This document shows positions 1-15,849 of a stretch of DNA of 64,000 nt, piece after piece. The notes beneath the pieces are model-generated. The model did no database searches. It saw only the letters and a list, made by a program, of their open reading frames with translations, and was not told the origin of the DNA. Location of the stretch: assembly GCF_009914755.1 (NCBI RefSeq), contig NC_060926.1. One strand, 5' to 3'. This DNA is from the human T2T-CHM13v2.0 reference genome, Homo sapiens. Within the stretch, counting starts at the first letter, position 1; every line of letters starts with the position of its first letter. The position numbers were made by a program, and so were the translations under genes.

Positions 1-1675
1 TCTTCTCTCTAGATATGTATTCTGCAATCATGACCAAACAGAAGGACTAAATCTGGATCAGAATCTGAAATGTAAAAAGGCTACTTGTCAACCACGCCAT
101 TGTTTTCCGTTGGAGCTAGCAGAGCAGCCTCGGCTGCACATTCCTGGGACGTGAATAATATCGGTTGTGATTACACTTCAGTATCTCATCCATTACCAGC
201 CCTGTGAACACTGAATATAACCTAATTAGGAAATGCGAAGGGCCCTTTGCTAGGGATGAGTGCTGGGGCAGCAGAGGTCCACATGCCTTCCCGACACAGG
301 GATTCACCGGGTTTCAGACACAGGTTTGGATCCTGCAGGGCTCAAGGACAGACTTTACTGGTCTAGTCCACATTCCTTGTATAATCACCAGTAAGCTGAG
401 AATGTGACACCTTGGATTCCATCCTATGTTACACTCCTCTTTAAATGCATTGCAAAGGAGATATGCCAGGACTGATAAGTCAGTCAATTTCAAATAGGTA
501 TTAAAGTATTAATGAAGTGATTAACTCTCTCTGACTAAAACATTTTTTTGTTTACTGGTTTCTACTGGCCTTGAATAGGAATTTCAAATTTGTTGTTGAC
601 AATTGGCTTCTCATCTTTCACTGAATTCTTCTAAGCTTGTTTGTCTTTTCCTACACAGCTCTTAAAATGCTTTCAGAGGACTGAATTCTATCTTCCAAAG
701 TGCAGAGAACAGAGCACTAAGGATGTCTGCAGGCTTAATTACAAAGGATGTGATTCTATTCTTATTGTTCCATAACTTTTCTTTGTAGTAAAAGCTGCTG
801 CATTCATTTATTCAATCCTCTGTCCCTGCATTCATCTGACACTTGCTGAGCACCTGCTATAGCACAGATTCACGTCATGCCCATGGCTGGCATCCAGCAT
901 TTATAGGGTAACTGGCAGGAGAAAAGAAGAGGCCTGTGGCCATGAGGCAGTGAGATGGAGTCACCTGCTCTGGGAGTCAGCACCCCGCCACTCACACAGA
1001 GCCCAGCCAACTGAGCTAACTGATAAGTCAACCTTAATTCTGCTCTAAAATATTTTTCATCAAACCACCCTCTGCTGAATCAATGTACATTCCTATAACC
1101 TGTATCTTGCCCTAGTAATGTGTGACCTTCAATGTCATGGTCCAAGGTTTTGCTGCTGGGACATGTGGTCTCGGAATGATCATCAGAATCCTTCACTACA
1201 TGCTCTAAACCATCATTAGATGCTCTACAGTTTGTCACTTGTTTCCAAGTGTCCTATGTCCACCTCATTTTATAGAACTGGGCTTCACTTGAGTTCTCAT
1301 TCTGGGTACCTAGTATATTTCCCTGCAATTCTAATTGCTGGGTTCTCTCCCCAGGGAATGGAGCCTGGCTTTGGCATAGATCTCCATGAAGTACTGGGAT
1401 TTCAGATGGCACCCACTCAATTTTGTTCACCCAGCTCTGACCATGAACGAACCATTCTGCTACTTCTGCCTTCTAACCTGGTGTTTGCCTGCATTTTATC
1501 TGGACATTGCTCAATTGTCTTGGTTGCTATGTCCCACCTGCTTGTCTGAATTTCTGTTGTTACTCCAGTCCCTGCCTGTCCCTGCAACTTCACACCCACT
1601 CCCACCCCCATTTGTCTTGATGTCAATGCCTTACTGAAAAATCTTGAAATTTGATAGGGAGGATAGTGGTGGCAT

Positions 1676-1764
1676 TATTATTATGACTACTGCCTTACTC
1701 TTTAGAAAACTGAGGCTCAGAGGATTAAGTGACTTGGCCAATTACATGTCTAATAAATAGCAGA
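1676..1764 (-). mobile_element. MIR fragment (interrupted by the L1PA4 insertion; continues after about 3383)
   Basis: gaaaactgaggctcagaggattaagtgacttggccaattacatgtctaataaatagcaga matches the MIR core on the minus strand. Confidence 0.65.
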
Positions 1765-3369
<1,605 letters not shown>

Positions 3370-5142
3370 AATAAATAGCAGACCCCTGTCTCTAATAGTT
3401 TGCTCTTTGCCCAAATCCATGCTGTTTGCTCTGAAAAGTCTTACGAGTAGTTTTGAAAATGAGATGCTTTACAAAGGTAAAAATATACAGGATATAAAGG
3501 TTTTATTGTTATTATGAGCAGCAAGTGGGCTTTCTCCAGTATGTAGCAATGCATTTCTTCTGTTGCTAACCAGGTCTTTGAAACAAAAAGGCTTCTGCTT
3601 CATTCTCAGCTGAAGTTTGCACGTGGGTGGGAAATTACGACAATGTCTACAGGTGCCAGTGTGAACAAGTCTAAAACTTCATTTGTGGTTATTTACAATG
3701 GGAGCCTCATTTCTAAACAGATAATGCTATAAATGGTGGTTAGATTCTTGGGCTAGCCCACAAAAGCAGTTTAATAATGCAGCTGGAATACATTTCTAAT
3801 TCATAAGATAGCTGAAGTAATGTATATGTTATGCTCTTGCAACATAATAATCAAGGCTCTGATTAATTAAGGAATGTGTATTTGGAGTCCTGGTCTCTGT
3901 AGACCTGTCTCCTGACAGCAGTAGTGATTTCACCACTATTGGCTCCAGAGTGCTTATGGGTTGCTGGGAAATTTTCCTGAAGTTTCATAGCCCAGAGAGC
4001 TAGTTTGTTAGGTGGGAAGTCAGAAGTTACTCTAAAGAGAAGTCAAGAGTTTTTGGAAAAAAAAAAATGTGTAGATGAGGAATAGCAAGAGGGCAAGAGA
4101 AGAGGAATACTGGGGGAAAATGGTGTAAACAGAGGAGTTGGAGGAAAGGAGAGAGAAAAAATTGGTAGGGTCACAGCCAGCTGAGGATGAGAAGTAAACT
4201 CTGACAAGGAACTGGGAACTAATAAAGGGACTTAGACAATGTGGAGTTAGAAGATTAGGAATTTAAAACCCAAGAGATAAAAGATGATTTTGGTAGGAGA
4301 TGATCTTGGATGACTTTGAATAGAGAAAGATCTGTTTTAGAGAGATGTTTTAAATAAAATGCTATACTAGTAAAGTTTATAGAACTTTAATTAGGCGTAA
4401 TGAGCTGCCAGATTAACCAGGGATTCTCACTGATAGGGGACAGGATGCAACCCAGGAAGAGCATAAGACCTGAGGACCCATGGGAGAGATAGACTTGCAG
4501 GGAAGCTATGTATTCCTCCACGCCCAGCAAAATAGAAAAACGGCAGTCCTGCAGAGAAGGAACAGATAGATTTGGTGAAATATGTACCCTTATGTCTGTC
4601 TTTGCTCTCTTACAGGACTAGGATGGGAAGAAGTCTTGAATAGAATAGGATTTGGTCTAAAGGAAAGAAAAGCTAAGATTGGCAATCAAGCGAATGGCAC
4701 TGATGTTTTCAAAGATACTGTAAGGGGCTTCTTTGTTGGTTGGTTTACATAAGGAAAAGCCTGGACAAGGTCTGGAAACAGAAGAATAGGAAAAAGGAAT
4801 CGAAGTCTCTTTGCCAGTAATTTTAAAATGCTATTTTCATTGTGACCTCAGGCAAGTTCTGCAGATAATGTTTCTCTCTTTTGTATTTGTAGACGGATTT
4901 TTTACTACACTTGTTCTAGAGAGGTGAGTATGTATTGTTTCACTGAAGGTCCATAGTGTTGTCCCAGATTGAACAACTCAGTCTTTGGGGAGACACTGTA
5001 ATGAGCTATGTCTCATGGCTGTCCTAGCAGGGACTGGGCGATTGTGTTTTAGGACAGAACCAACCCCCTTAAGTAGGGGAATAAAGTTTTCTAGAGGAAG
5101 GTAGAAGCTTGCGACATGATGGATTTAAGAATATTCTTTCTC

Positions 5143-5669
<527 letters not shown>

Positions 5670-6952
5670 GTTCTTTTTATATTTCTGAAGAAGGGCAGGA
5701 GAGCAAGGCTAGGAGAGTGGGGGAGCTCTTGAGAGCATCTATGCAAAGGATTTAACTTGCTAGTTGATTTTTTCATAGATCCTGGGGACACAGTCATTTT
5801 TAGGGTCATTAGTGATGATTAAGGTTAAATGAATATTAACATTTTAATATTAAAAATTATAATTACATGTATCTCCAAACCCTTAGTTAAGTCCAACAGC
5901 CTTGTGTTATTGACAGACTGGGGTGAATGAAGGAATGTGACAATAGAGGAGGTGTCACCTTTTGCTGAGGTCAGTGTGACAGCAGCAGAGTTCTATGGAG
6001 GGGACAGTACCCTGGAGGTCCAGGGGGTGAACTAGCAATGAGGAGCCAGAGGCTAAAGGCAGAGCTGGGAGAAGCAAGCTATAGTGCTGGACTACTTCAA
6101 AAGCACATGAATTGGAATACACAAATGAAACAATGGAGACTTTTCTGCCTACTCTTCCATTAATATGTTGGAAAGGCAGATTTCTCAGGATCCCACATAA
6201 CTGAGTACATGTTTGTTTGAGGCTGTCTCAGGAACTCTATGCATGGATTCTAGAAGGGTTGGAGATGCATGGAGAAGGTGAGAGCCAGGAGGGACCCATC
6301 AGAAGCCAGTGGGGAAGCCAAGCCAGAAAGTCATTCTACCTCATCAGTCACTATAGTGCGGTGGAAAAATGCATTTATAAAGATGTAGGATTTTGGCAGG
6401 ATTAGGAATTGCTTTTTCCATTCCCCATTTACTGATACTATTTATTATGTGTTGCTTCCTGTTAATTAAACTTCTATTAAAATAATCTTGTAGTGAGAGT
6501 GTTGGCAAGAGAAATACCTGATCTTTATTTCAGATATTACTAGGCAAGTTGGGGCTGCTGGCAGAATATTCCAGCAAAAGCAATATTTTATGAAACTAAG
6601 TATCTAGCGAACTTGTGGACGGGTTTGCTATAGCGGTGTTACACTTAGATGAGGAATTTTTTAGTAGCTGTGGAGGTCTCAGAGGATTTATTTTTGAGAT
6701 GATATGGCTACAGAAGTGGGAGTTAGCAGTTGGGATGTGCAAAAAGGAAACAGCCTGAGATAGTGTTGTTGCTGCAAAATGAAAACAAAACTCTGCCAAT
6801 GCTTCCAACCATATTGTAGAATTAGGCTGGAGATTTGGTGAGGGGAAACATTGGGAATTTGGCCTTAATTGTATTGTGATTTTGCTAATTCTTCTACTAC
6901 ATAACGTTCTACAGATTAACCTAACTCAGGTCTTCATTACCCCTAATTACAA

Positions 6953-7216
6953 TTTTATTTTTTAAACAAAATTTACATTTTATTTAGACTGAAATAAAAC
7001 TATGCAAAATTGATTTTCTTCACCGAAAATAACAGCAATATTTTCCATATTATTTCTAGATAAACTACAAAACACTTATTTTTGTAGGTTCTCCAGGTTT
7101 TGCTTATAAATCAAGCTGAGATAGTAGATACAGTAATGGAAAAAGACAGAAAAAACAGACACATCAACTGTCAGTATCCATGGCCTCTGATTCTGTCTTA
7201 ACCATGAAGCAGAAGT
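6953..7216 (-). pseudogene. Probable retrocopy of an mRNA 3'UTR end (parent gene not identified)
   Basis: Minus-strand AATAAA (tttatt 6979-6984) about 15 nt before a T-tract (6953-6963); UTR-like sequence that matches no TE I recognise. Confidence 0.5.
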
Positions 7217-7579
7217 AAAAACTAGATAATTTTTATGTTTTGTCTTAACTTAATGTGTTACATTCTATCGTCAGCAGTTAACTGAATCTTCTTCAAATAT
7301 CATTTTCCAGTTTCATCCACATACCCCATCTCTGACTTCAGTTAATTCATTCATTGAGGTTTTGTTGTCAACATTTAATTGCTTACCACTTTATGCCAGC
7401 ATAGTGACTTGGAAATAAAGAAACACAACATCTTGTATCAATACATTTCTGTAATGGAAGTTAGCTTACATTTGAGTGGTAAATAGAAGAATGATATCAG
7501 AATAATGCAAAAGTATTGGTTTCTATGTTTCTCATATGTTAACATTTTGTGCCACTAAGTAATAGGATTGAACACTTTA

Positions 7580-8790
7580 CAATGGCTTTTCATGTCTTTT
7601 GCCCATTTTCTAATTGAATTTTTTTTAACCATTGGGTTTTGAGAGTCCTTTATATATTCTAGATTCTAGCACTTTTGTCATATATGTGGTTTGCAAATAT
7701 TTTATCCCTTCCTATACTTTGTCTTTTCATCCTCTCAACAGTCTTTTACAAAGCAAACATTTTTAATTTTAGTGAAGTCTAATTAATCATTTTTTAAATG
7801 AATTGTGTATTTGGAGTCAAGTCTGAGAACTCTTTTCCTAGCCCTAGATCCCACACATTTTCCATTTTTTTAAGCAAAACTTTTATAGTTTTATATTTGA
7901 CATTTAAGTCTGTGATCCATTTTGAGTTAATTTTTGTATAGGGTATGAGTTTATGTCAAGTATTAATTGTTTGTCCTTAGATGTCCAATTGCTCCAGCAC
8001 CATTTGTTGAAAAGGCTAGCCTTCCTTCATTGACTTGTTTTTGCACCTTTGTCAAAAACCAGTTGGGTGTATTTGTGTGAGTCTATTTCTGGGCTCTCTA
8101 CTCTCTTCCATTGATCTATGTGTCTATTCCTCTGTAAATACCACACAGTCGTGATTACATACCTTGAAATTGGGAAGACTGATTCATCCCATTTTATTCT
8201 TCTTTTTCAAAATTGTTTCAGCTATTTTAGTTACTTTGCTTTTCCATATAATTTTAGAGTAATCTTGTCTACATCTAAAACAAAAACTTGCTGAGATTTT
8301 GATAGAAATTGTGTTAAACGTATTTATTAACTTGGGGAGAATTGACCTCTTTACTACATTGCGTCTTCCAATCTATGAACACAGTATATCTCTCCATTTA
8401 TTTAGATTTTCTTTTATTTCTTTTATTAGCATTTTGTAGTTTCCAGCGTACATGTGCTTTACACATTTTGTCATATTTATACCAGAGTATTCCAGTTTTT
8501 GAGCAATTGTAATTGGTATTGTATTTTCAATTTCTGTGTTTCTAGACTTTCCCTTTCTTTGTTCTTTGGCTAAAAGGAGCAGGCGTTTTAGGGGGGCTTT
8601 TCTGTCTGTACCCGTCAACGTTTCTAGGATTGCTGGCTTCTTCAGTCTGACATATATGAAGTAAAAAGAAAACCCAGGGGGCTTATCACTTTTGATTCCT
8701 TGGGTCTCAGTGTCCTTAGCTAGCTCCATAATTCCCATTACATCTTTGTGCATAATTTTTGCAAACCTCAGGGTTTTCAGCTGTGTCTGT
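7580..8790 (-). mobile_element. Old L1M (L1MC/MD-like): ORF2 segment joined to a 5'-region segment
   Basis: Antisense ORF2-like text (...ccagcaccatttgttgaaaagg...) to about 8540, then L1M 5'-end-like text (agaaaacccaggg...cttgggtctcagtgtccttagc). Confidence 0.75.
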
Positions 8791-8828
8791 GTTGCATTAT
8801 GGCAGAAATACCCATACAGTAAACCTGA

Positions 8829-9314
<486 letters not shown>

Positions 9315-10164
9315 TGAACTTTGTTATTTTTACCAATAAAATATAATTACTACAATATCTCAGAAGTGTTCAAAAAACTATGCCCATCCAGGGGAAGAAG
9401 GGAGGAAAGCATCGATTTGGAGACTCCCTATCACACTTGGCCCTAAAGACTAATTTCAGCTTCATAGATGTATTTTATGCAGGTCTTGCATACTGACAAC
9501 CTGTTCTGCTGTTTCAGATTCGTCGTTCAGTCTAGTAAATGGGCTTGCTGGTTTTTTTCAATAGAGCTTTTATCTTCTTTTTTGTTTGTTTGTTTTTGCC
9601 TATTTCATTTCTTGAAACTGAAATGCTATTTTCCTTCCTGTTAAGTGATTCATGTTCACAAAGTCTTTACATTAAAAACAAACCTCACCTTATCTAGCTG
9701 TTTCTGATTAAACTGACCCAGTTCTGACCATTCTTTTTTTCTCCAGTTTCTCTAGAAATTTAGGTATTTGGTTTGTGTTTTAGTAATTTACATTTGCTGA
9801 AAGGTTTTCAAAAACTACGTATTGCCAAACACTGCACATGTGCATAGTCAGTTCAGACTGTAAATTCCACTGGGACACAGGCAGTCCTAGTTTTGCCTTT
9901 TCTCAGATCACCTATATCAGTTATTTTCCACAAGCCAGACACTGTAGTTCACATGCGAGAGTGCTTCTGAGTGAAACTGAATTTGAGGCATTTCAAAAAG
10001 TTACAGCATACCTAAACAGCAGAGAGGTCAAGAATGCTAGATGAATAAGATATAAATATTTAGTAGGTATTCTATTGCTGAATGAGTAAGAGTAAATGAA
10101 TGCCTGCATACATGAAGACTACTGGGGCTTGACAAATCCATTTTCAGTGGAAATTATTTTGGTG

Positions 10165-11120
10165 CATCAAATATTTATTAAGTACCTAATATGTTCCTCC
10201 TGTCACTTTGTTAGAGCCACAGATGCAAATGTAAAAAATTTAAAAAATTCAGTCTGTGGCTCCCAGGAAAATAGACACAGGGTGAAATATACACATACTC
10301 ACATGGATAATACAAGCCAAAAGTAGGATGCTGGGAGCGCTCAGGGAGATTGTAGAGCTTGGCAGGATAGCTCAGGAAATGATTCCTGGGTAGGATGACA
10401 CCACTCAAAGCTTAGTGTGTAAGAGTCAACCAGTCAAAGAACGAGCTAGAGTGGGAAAGGGCATTGCAGACCAAAGGAAGGCACAGGAGCATTTTTAGCA
10501 GGATTACTGCAGTGAAGGACAAGTTGTTTAGTATTATTAAAGTATAAAGTGGATAGTAGCAATTTGGGAGAGTTAGGACTGGGGAGGTAGGTAGAGACAG
10601 ATAATGAAGGGCCTGTTTTTCCCAAGAAGGGGCTCAGCCAGGCTTGGAAGAGTCACTGGATTACCACAGGCAGAGGAGAAAAGGAGAAAAGGTCAACTCT
10701 GTGTTAGAGCAATTCCTTTGGCAGCCAGGTGGAGGATGGATTTCCTGAGTAAATTAAAAGCAGGAAAAGAGTGTGATAATCTAGGCAGGAGATAATTGAG
10801 GCCTTGAACTGGACTGTGATAATAGAAACACAGAGAAGGAATGGATTAGAGGACTATTTAGCAGGAAAAATTGTCAGACTTGGTGGTGATAGAATATGGA
10901 AGATGAAAAAGAAAGATGAGTCTAGGTTGACCGCCAGATTCCTGCTTTGGGAGACTGGGTAACTTTTGCGTCGTTGTGTCATGGAGGTGGGGGAAGAGAA
11001 TGGATGATGTTGTGAAGATGACAAGTACAATTTTGTACTTGTTGAGTTGGAGGTACCTATGAGGATATTCAAGTGAATGGAGGAATACCTTCAACTGGGG
11101 AAGGCTATTTGGGAATGCCA
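10165..11120 (-). mobile_element. L2 fragment(s)
   Basis: caaatatttattaagtacctaatatg L2 3' terminus followed by typical purine-rich L2 text. Confidence 0.7.
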
Positions 11121-12008
11121 TGTTCTTAAGGGCGAACCAGGTTTCAGTTAAGGTCAGGAAGTGAAGGGAGTGTCTGCAAAGAGATTGAAGATGTAGGATG
11201 GTTGGGCTGTCACGGAAAGAAAGTTCCAGAGGACACAGTTGATAGCTAGGAGGCAGGGGTGGGGGAAGAGTGATTGGACAGAGACAGGAGGCTTAGAGTC
11301 CCATGAAATCAGTGTATGAGACAGTCAGGGAGCATCAGCAACATCATCATCAAGCAGTCACCTTGGTCTGGTGAGTGAAGAAGACATGGCTTTTGTCTTG
11401 GTAGGGTCAGCTGGCCTTAAGGATCTTCCATGGAATTTAGGACTTTAGGCAGGACAGAGTCTGAGTTTGTCTTTGGGTGACTCCAGTCAAGGGCGGTTAA
11501 TATTGGTAGTGACTTTGGAGTCTGTGATGTGGTCTCCAGGCAGCAGTCCCCATGAACTCTACAAGCTGTGTGGTGAGTGGAAACCAGACTGGCTCCAAGA
11601 TAGCCATCTATATGATTTTATCTAAAAATATACATCAATCAGAAAGTTAACCAGAAGGTTCACATTTAATTAACCAGAATATTTCAAATTTTCTTCTACA
11701 CTGGTAATGGAGACAAAGTAAGGAAAAATAGAGAGGTCGAGAAAACACATAAATGCTGAGAACCACATAAATTAACTACTGCTTTGTTACTCAGAAATAA
11801 TTTTGAAGTCATTTGCAGGAGTAAAATGAATTTCTAGAATAGATGCTTTTTCCTTATACAATCCAACTTCTAAAACCCTCTGAAATCTGATTATTTTTAC
11901 TGAATGCTACCAATACGGGTATTGTAGCTGAGCATGTGACTTAAGAAGTTCAACAACAGATAAATGCCCTAAAATAGAAAGCCATTTTATTTTATTTTAT
12001 TTTATTTT

Positions 12009-12172
12009 ACTGAACAAGTATATGCTTTTTATTCATCATTATTCCCTAAACAATACAGTATAACAAACATTTACATAGCATTTACACTGTATTGAGTATT
12101 ATAAGTAATCTAGAGATGATTTAAAGTATACAGGAGGATATGCATAGGTTATATGCGAATACTGTGCCATTT
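12009..12172 (+). mobile_element. Internal fragment of MER2 (TcMar-Tigger MITE), both termini missing
   Basis: cattattccctaaacaatacagtataac...gtaatctagagatgatttaaagtatacaggagg...atactgtgccattt matches the MER2 centre. Confidence 0.88.
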
Positions 12173-15100
12173 GATTAATTAATTATTTCCATAAGTTATT
12201 GGGGTACAAGTGGTATTTGGTTATATGAGTAAGTTCTTTAGTAGTGATTTGTGAGATTTTGGTGCACCTATTGCCTAAGCGTTATACCCTACACCATATT
12301 TGTAGTCTTTTATCCCTCGCGCCCTTGCCACTCTTCCCCCCAATTCCCAAAGTCCATTGCATCATTCTTATGCCTTGTGGCATCATAGCTTAGCTCCCAC
12401 ATATGAGTAAGAATATATGATGTTTGGTTTTCCATTCCTGAGTTACTTCACTTAGAATAATAGTCTCCAATTTCATCCAGGTCACTGCAAATGCTGTTAA
12501 TTCATTCCTTTTTATGGCTGCGTAGTATTCCATCATGTGTATATATACCACAGTTTCTTTATCCACTGTTGATTGATGGGCATTTGGGTTGGTTCCACGA
12601 TTTTGCAATTGTGAATTGTGCTGCTAGAAGCATGCATGTGCAAGTATCTTTTTCGAATAATGACTTCTTTTCCTCCGGGTAGATGCCCAGTAGTGGAATT
12701 GCTGGATTAAGTGGTAGTTCTGCTTTTAGTTCTTTAAGGAATCTCCACATTGTTTTCCATAGCAGCTGTACTAGTTTACATTCCCACCAGCAGTGTAGAA
12801 GTGTTCCCTGTCGACCGTATCCACACCAGCATCTACTGTTTTTTGATTTTTTGATTATGGCCTTTCTTGCCGGAGTGAGGTGATATCGCACTATGGTTTG
12901 GATTTGCATTTCCCTGATCATTCTTGATGTTGAGCATTTTTTCATATATTTGTTGGCCATTTGTACATCTTCTTTTGAGAATTGTCTATTCATGTCCTTA
13001 GCCCACTTTTTGATGGGATTGTTTGTTTTTTTTCTTACTGATTTGAGTTTGTTGTAGATTCTGGATATTAGTCCTTTGTCAGATTTATAGATTGTGAAGA
13101 TTTTCTCCCACTCTGTGGGTTGTCTGCTTACTCTGCCGACTGTTCCTTTTGCCGTGCAAAAGCTCTTTAGTTTAATTAGGTCCCAGCTATTTATCTTTGT
13201 TTTTATTGCATTTGCTTTTGGGTTCGTGGTCATGAAATGCTTGCCTAAGCCAATGTCTAGAAGGATTTTTCCAATGCTATCTCTAGAATTTTTAGTTTCA
13301 GGTCTTAGGATTAAGTCCTTGATCCATCTTGAGTTGATTTTTGTATGAGGTGAGAGATGAGGATCCAGTTTCATTCTCCTACATGTGGCTAGCCAATTAT
13401 CCCAGCACCATTTGCTGAAAAGGGTGTCATTTCCCCACTTTATATTTTTGTTTGCTTTGTTGAAGATCAGTTGGCTGTAAGTATTTGGGTTTATTTCTGG
13501 GTTCTCTATTCTGTTCCATTGGTCTATGTGCCTATTTTTGTACCAGTACCATTCTGTTTTGGTGACTACGGCCTTATAGTACAGTTTGAAATCAGGTATT
13601 GTGATGCCTCCAGATTTGTTCCTTTTGCTTAGTCTTGCTTTGGCTATGCAGGCTCTTTTTTTGTTCCATATGAATTTTAGAATTGTTTTTTCTAATTCTG
13701 TGAAGAATGATGGTGGTATTTTGATGGGCATTGCATTGAATTTGTAGATTGCTTTTGGCAGTATGGTCATTTTCACAATATTGATTCTACCCATCCATGG
13801 GCATGGGATATGTTTCCATTTGTTCGTGTCACCTGTGATTTATTTCAGCAGTGTTTTGTAATTTTCCTTGTAGAGGTCTTTTGACTCCTTGGTTAAGTAT
13901 ATTCCTAAGGTTTTTGTTGGTTCGTTTGCAGCTATTGTAAATGGGTTGACTTCTTGATTTGATTCTCCATTTGGTCGCTGTTGATGTATAGAAGAGCGAC
14001 TGATTTGTGTACATTAATCTTGAATCCGGAAACTTTGCTGAATTCTTTTATCCGTTCTAGAAGCTTTCTGGAGGAGTCCTTAGGGTTTTCAAGGTAAATC
14101 ATCATAGTGTCAGAAAACAGTGACAGTTTGACTCCCTCTTTACTGATTTGGTTGCCCTGTATTTCTTTCTCTTGGCTGATTGTTCTGGCTAGGACTTCCA
14201 GTACTATGTTGAAGAGGAGTGGTGAGAGTGGGCATCCTTGTCTTGTTCCAGTTATCAAAGGGAATGCTTTCAACTATTCCCCATTCAGTATTATGTTGGC
14301 TGTGGGTTTGTCATAGACGGACAATAAGGTATGTCCGTTGTATGCCGATTTTACTGAGAGTTTTAATCATAAAGGGACGCTTGATTTTGTCGAATGCTTT
14401 TTCTGCATCTATTGAAATGATCATGTGATTTTCGTATTTAATTCTGTTTATGTGGTGTATCACATTTTCTGACTTGTGTATGTTAATCCATTCCTGCATC
14501 CCTGGTATAAAACACACTTGACGATGGTGGATTATCTTTTTGATATGTCGTTGGATTCGGTTAGCAAGTATTTTGTTAAGGATTTTAGCATCTATGCTCA
14601 TCCAGGATATTGGCCTGTAGTTTTCTTTTTTGGTTATGTCCTTTACTGGTTTTGGTATTAGGGTGATGTTGGCTTCATAGAATGAATTAGGGAGGGTTCC
14701 TTCTTTCTCTAGGTTGTGGAATAGTGTCAAATGGATTGGTAGCAATTTTTCTTTGAATGTGCAGTTGAATTCTGCTGTGTATCTGTCTGGTCCTGGAGGT
14801 TTTTTTGTGGTAATTTTTAAATTACCATTTCAATCTCGCTGCTTGTTATTGGTCTGTTCAGGGTATCTAATCCTTCCTGATTTAAGCTAGGGAGGTTGTA
14901 TTTTTCCAGGAATTTATCTATCTCTTCTAGGTTTTCTAGTTTATGGGCATAAAGATGTTCACAGCAGCCTTGAATGATCTTTTGTATTTCTGTGGTGTCA
15001 GTTGTAATACCTCCTGTTTCATTTCTAATTGAGCTTGTGTGGATTTTCTCTCTTCTTTTCTTGGTTAATCTTACAAATGATCTATCAATTTTATTTATCT

Positions 15101-15849
15101 TTTCAAAGAACCAGCTTTTTGTTTCATTTATCTTTTGTATTTTTGTTGTTGTGGTTGTTGTTTCAATTTCATTTATTTCTGCTCTGATCTTGATTATTTC
15201 TGCTCTGATCTTGATTATTTCCTTTCTTCTGCTGGGTTTGGGTTTGGTTTGTTCTTGTTTCTCTAGTTCCTTGATGTATGACCTTAGATTGTCTGTTTGT
15301 GCTCTTTCAGACTTTTTAATGTAGGCATTTAGGGCTATGAACTTTCCACTTAGCACTGCCTTTGCTGTATTCCAGAGGACTTGATAGGTTGTGTTACTAT
15401 TGTCGTTCAGTTTGAATAATTTTTTAATTTTCATCTTGATTTCATTTTTGACCCAATGCTCATTTAGGAGCAGATTATTTAATTTCCATTGCATTTGCAT
15501 GGTTTTGAAGGTTCCTTTTGGAGTTGATTTCCAGTTTTATTCCACTGTGGTCTGAGAGAGTGCTTCATATAATTTCAATTTTCTTAAATTTATTGAGGCT
15601 CATTTTGTGGCCTATCATATGGTCAATCTTGGAGAAAGTTCCACAAACTGTTGAATAGAATGTGTATTCTGCAGTTGCTGGATGGAATGCTCTGTATATA
15701 TCTGTTAAGTCCATTTGTTGCAGGGTATAGTTTAAATCTATTGTTTCTTTGTTGACTTTCTGTCTTGATGACCTGTCTAGTGCCATCAGTGGAGTATTGA
15801 AGTCCCCCGCTATTATTGTGTTACTGTCTATCTCATTTCTTAGGTCTGT
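12173..15849 (-). mobile_element. 5'-truncated L1PB1-like LINE-1
   Basis: L1PB 3' end (ccataagttattggggtacaagtggtatttgg...); ORF2 peptides on the minus strand including a 411-aa open stretch (12559-13794) and a degenerate RT core LFSDT. Confidence 0.93.

Noticed and set aside
12559-13794. 411-aa open L1 ORF2 segment as a domesticated gene
   Set aside because: The rest of the element is frameshifted and the RT core is mutated (FSDT); a long open run in A-rich L1 sequence can persist by chance and no promoter is evident.
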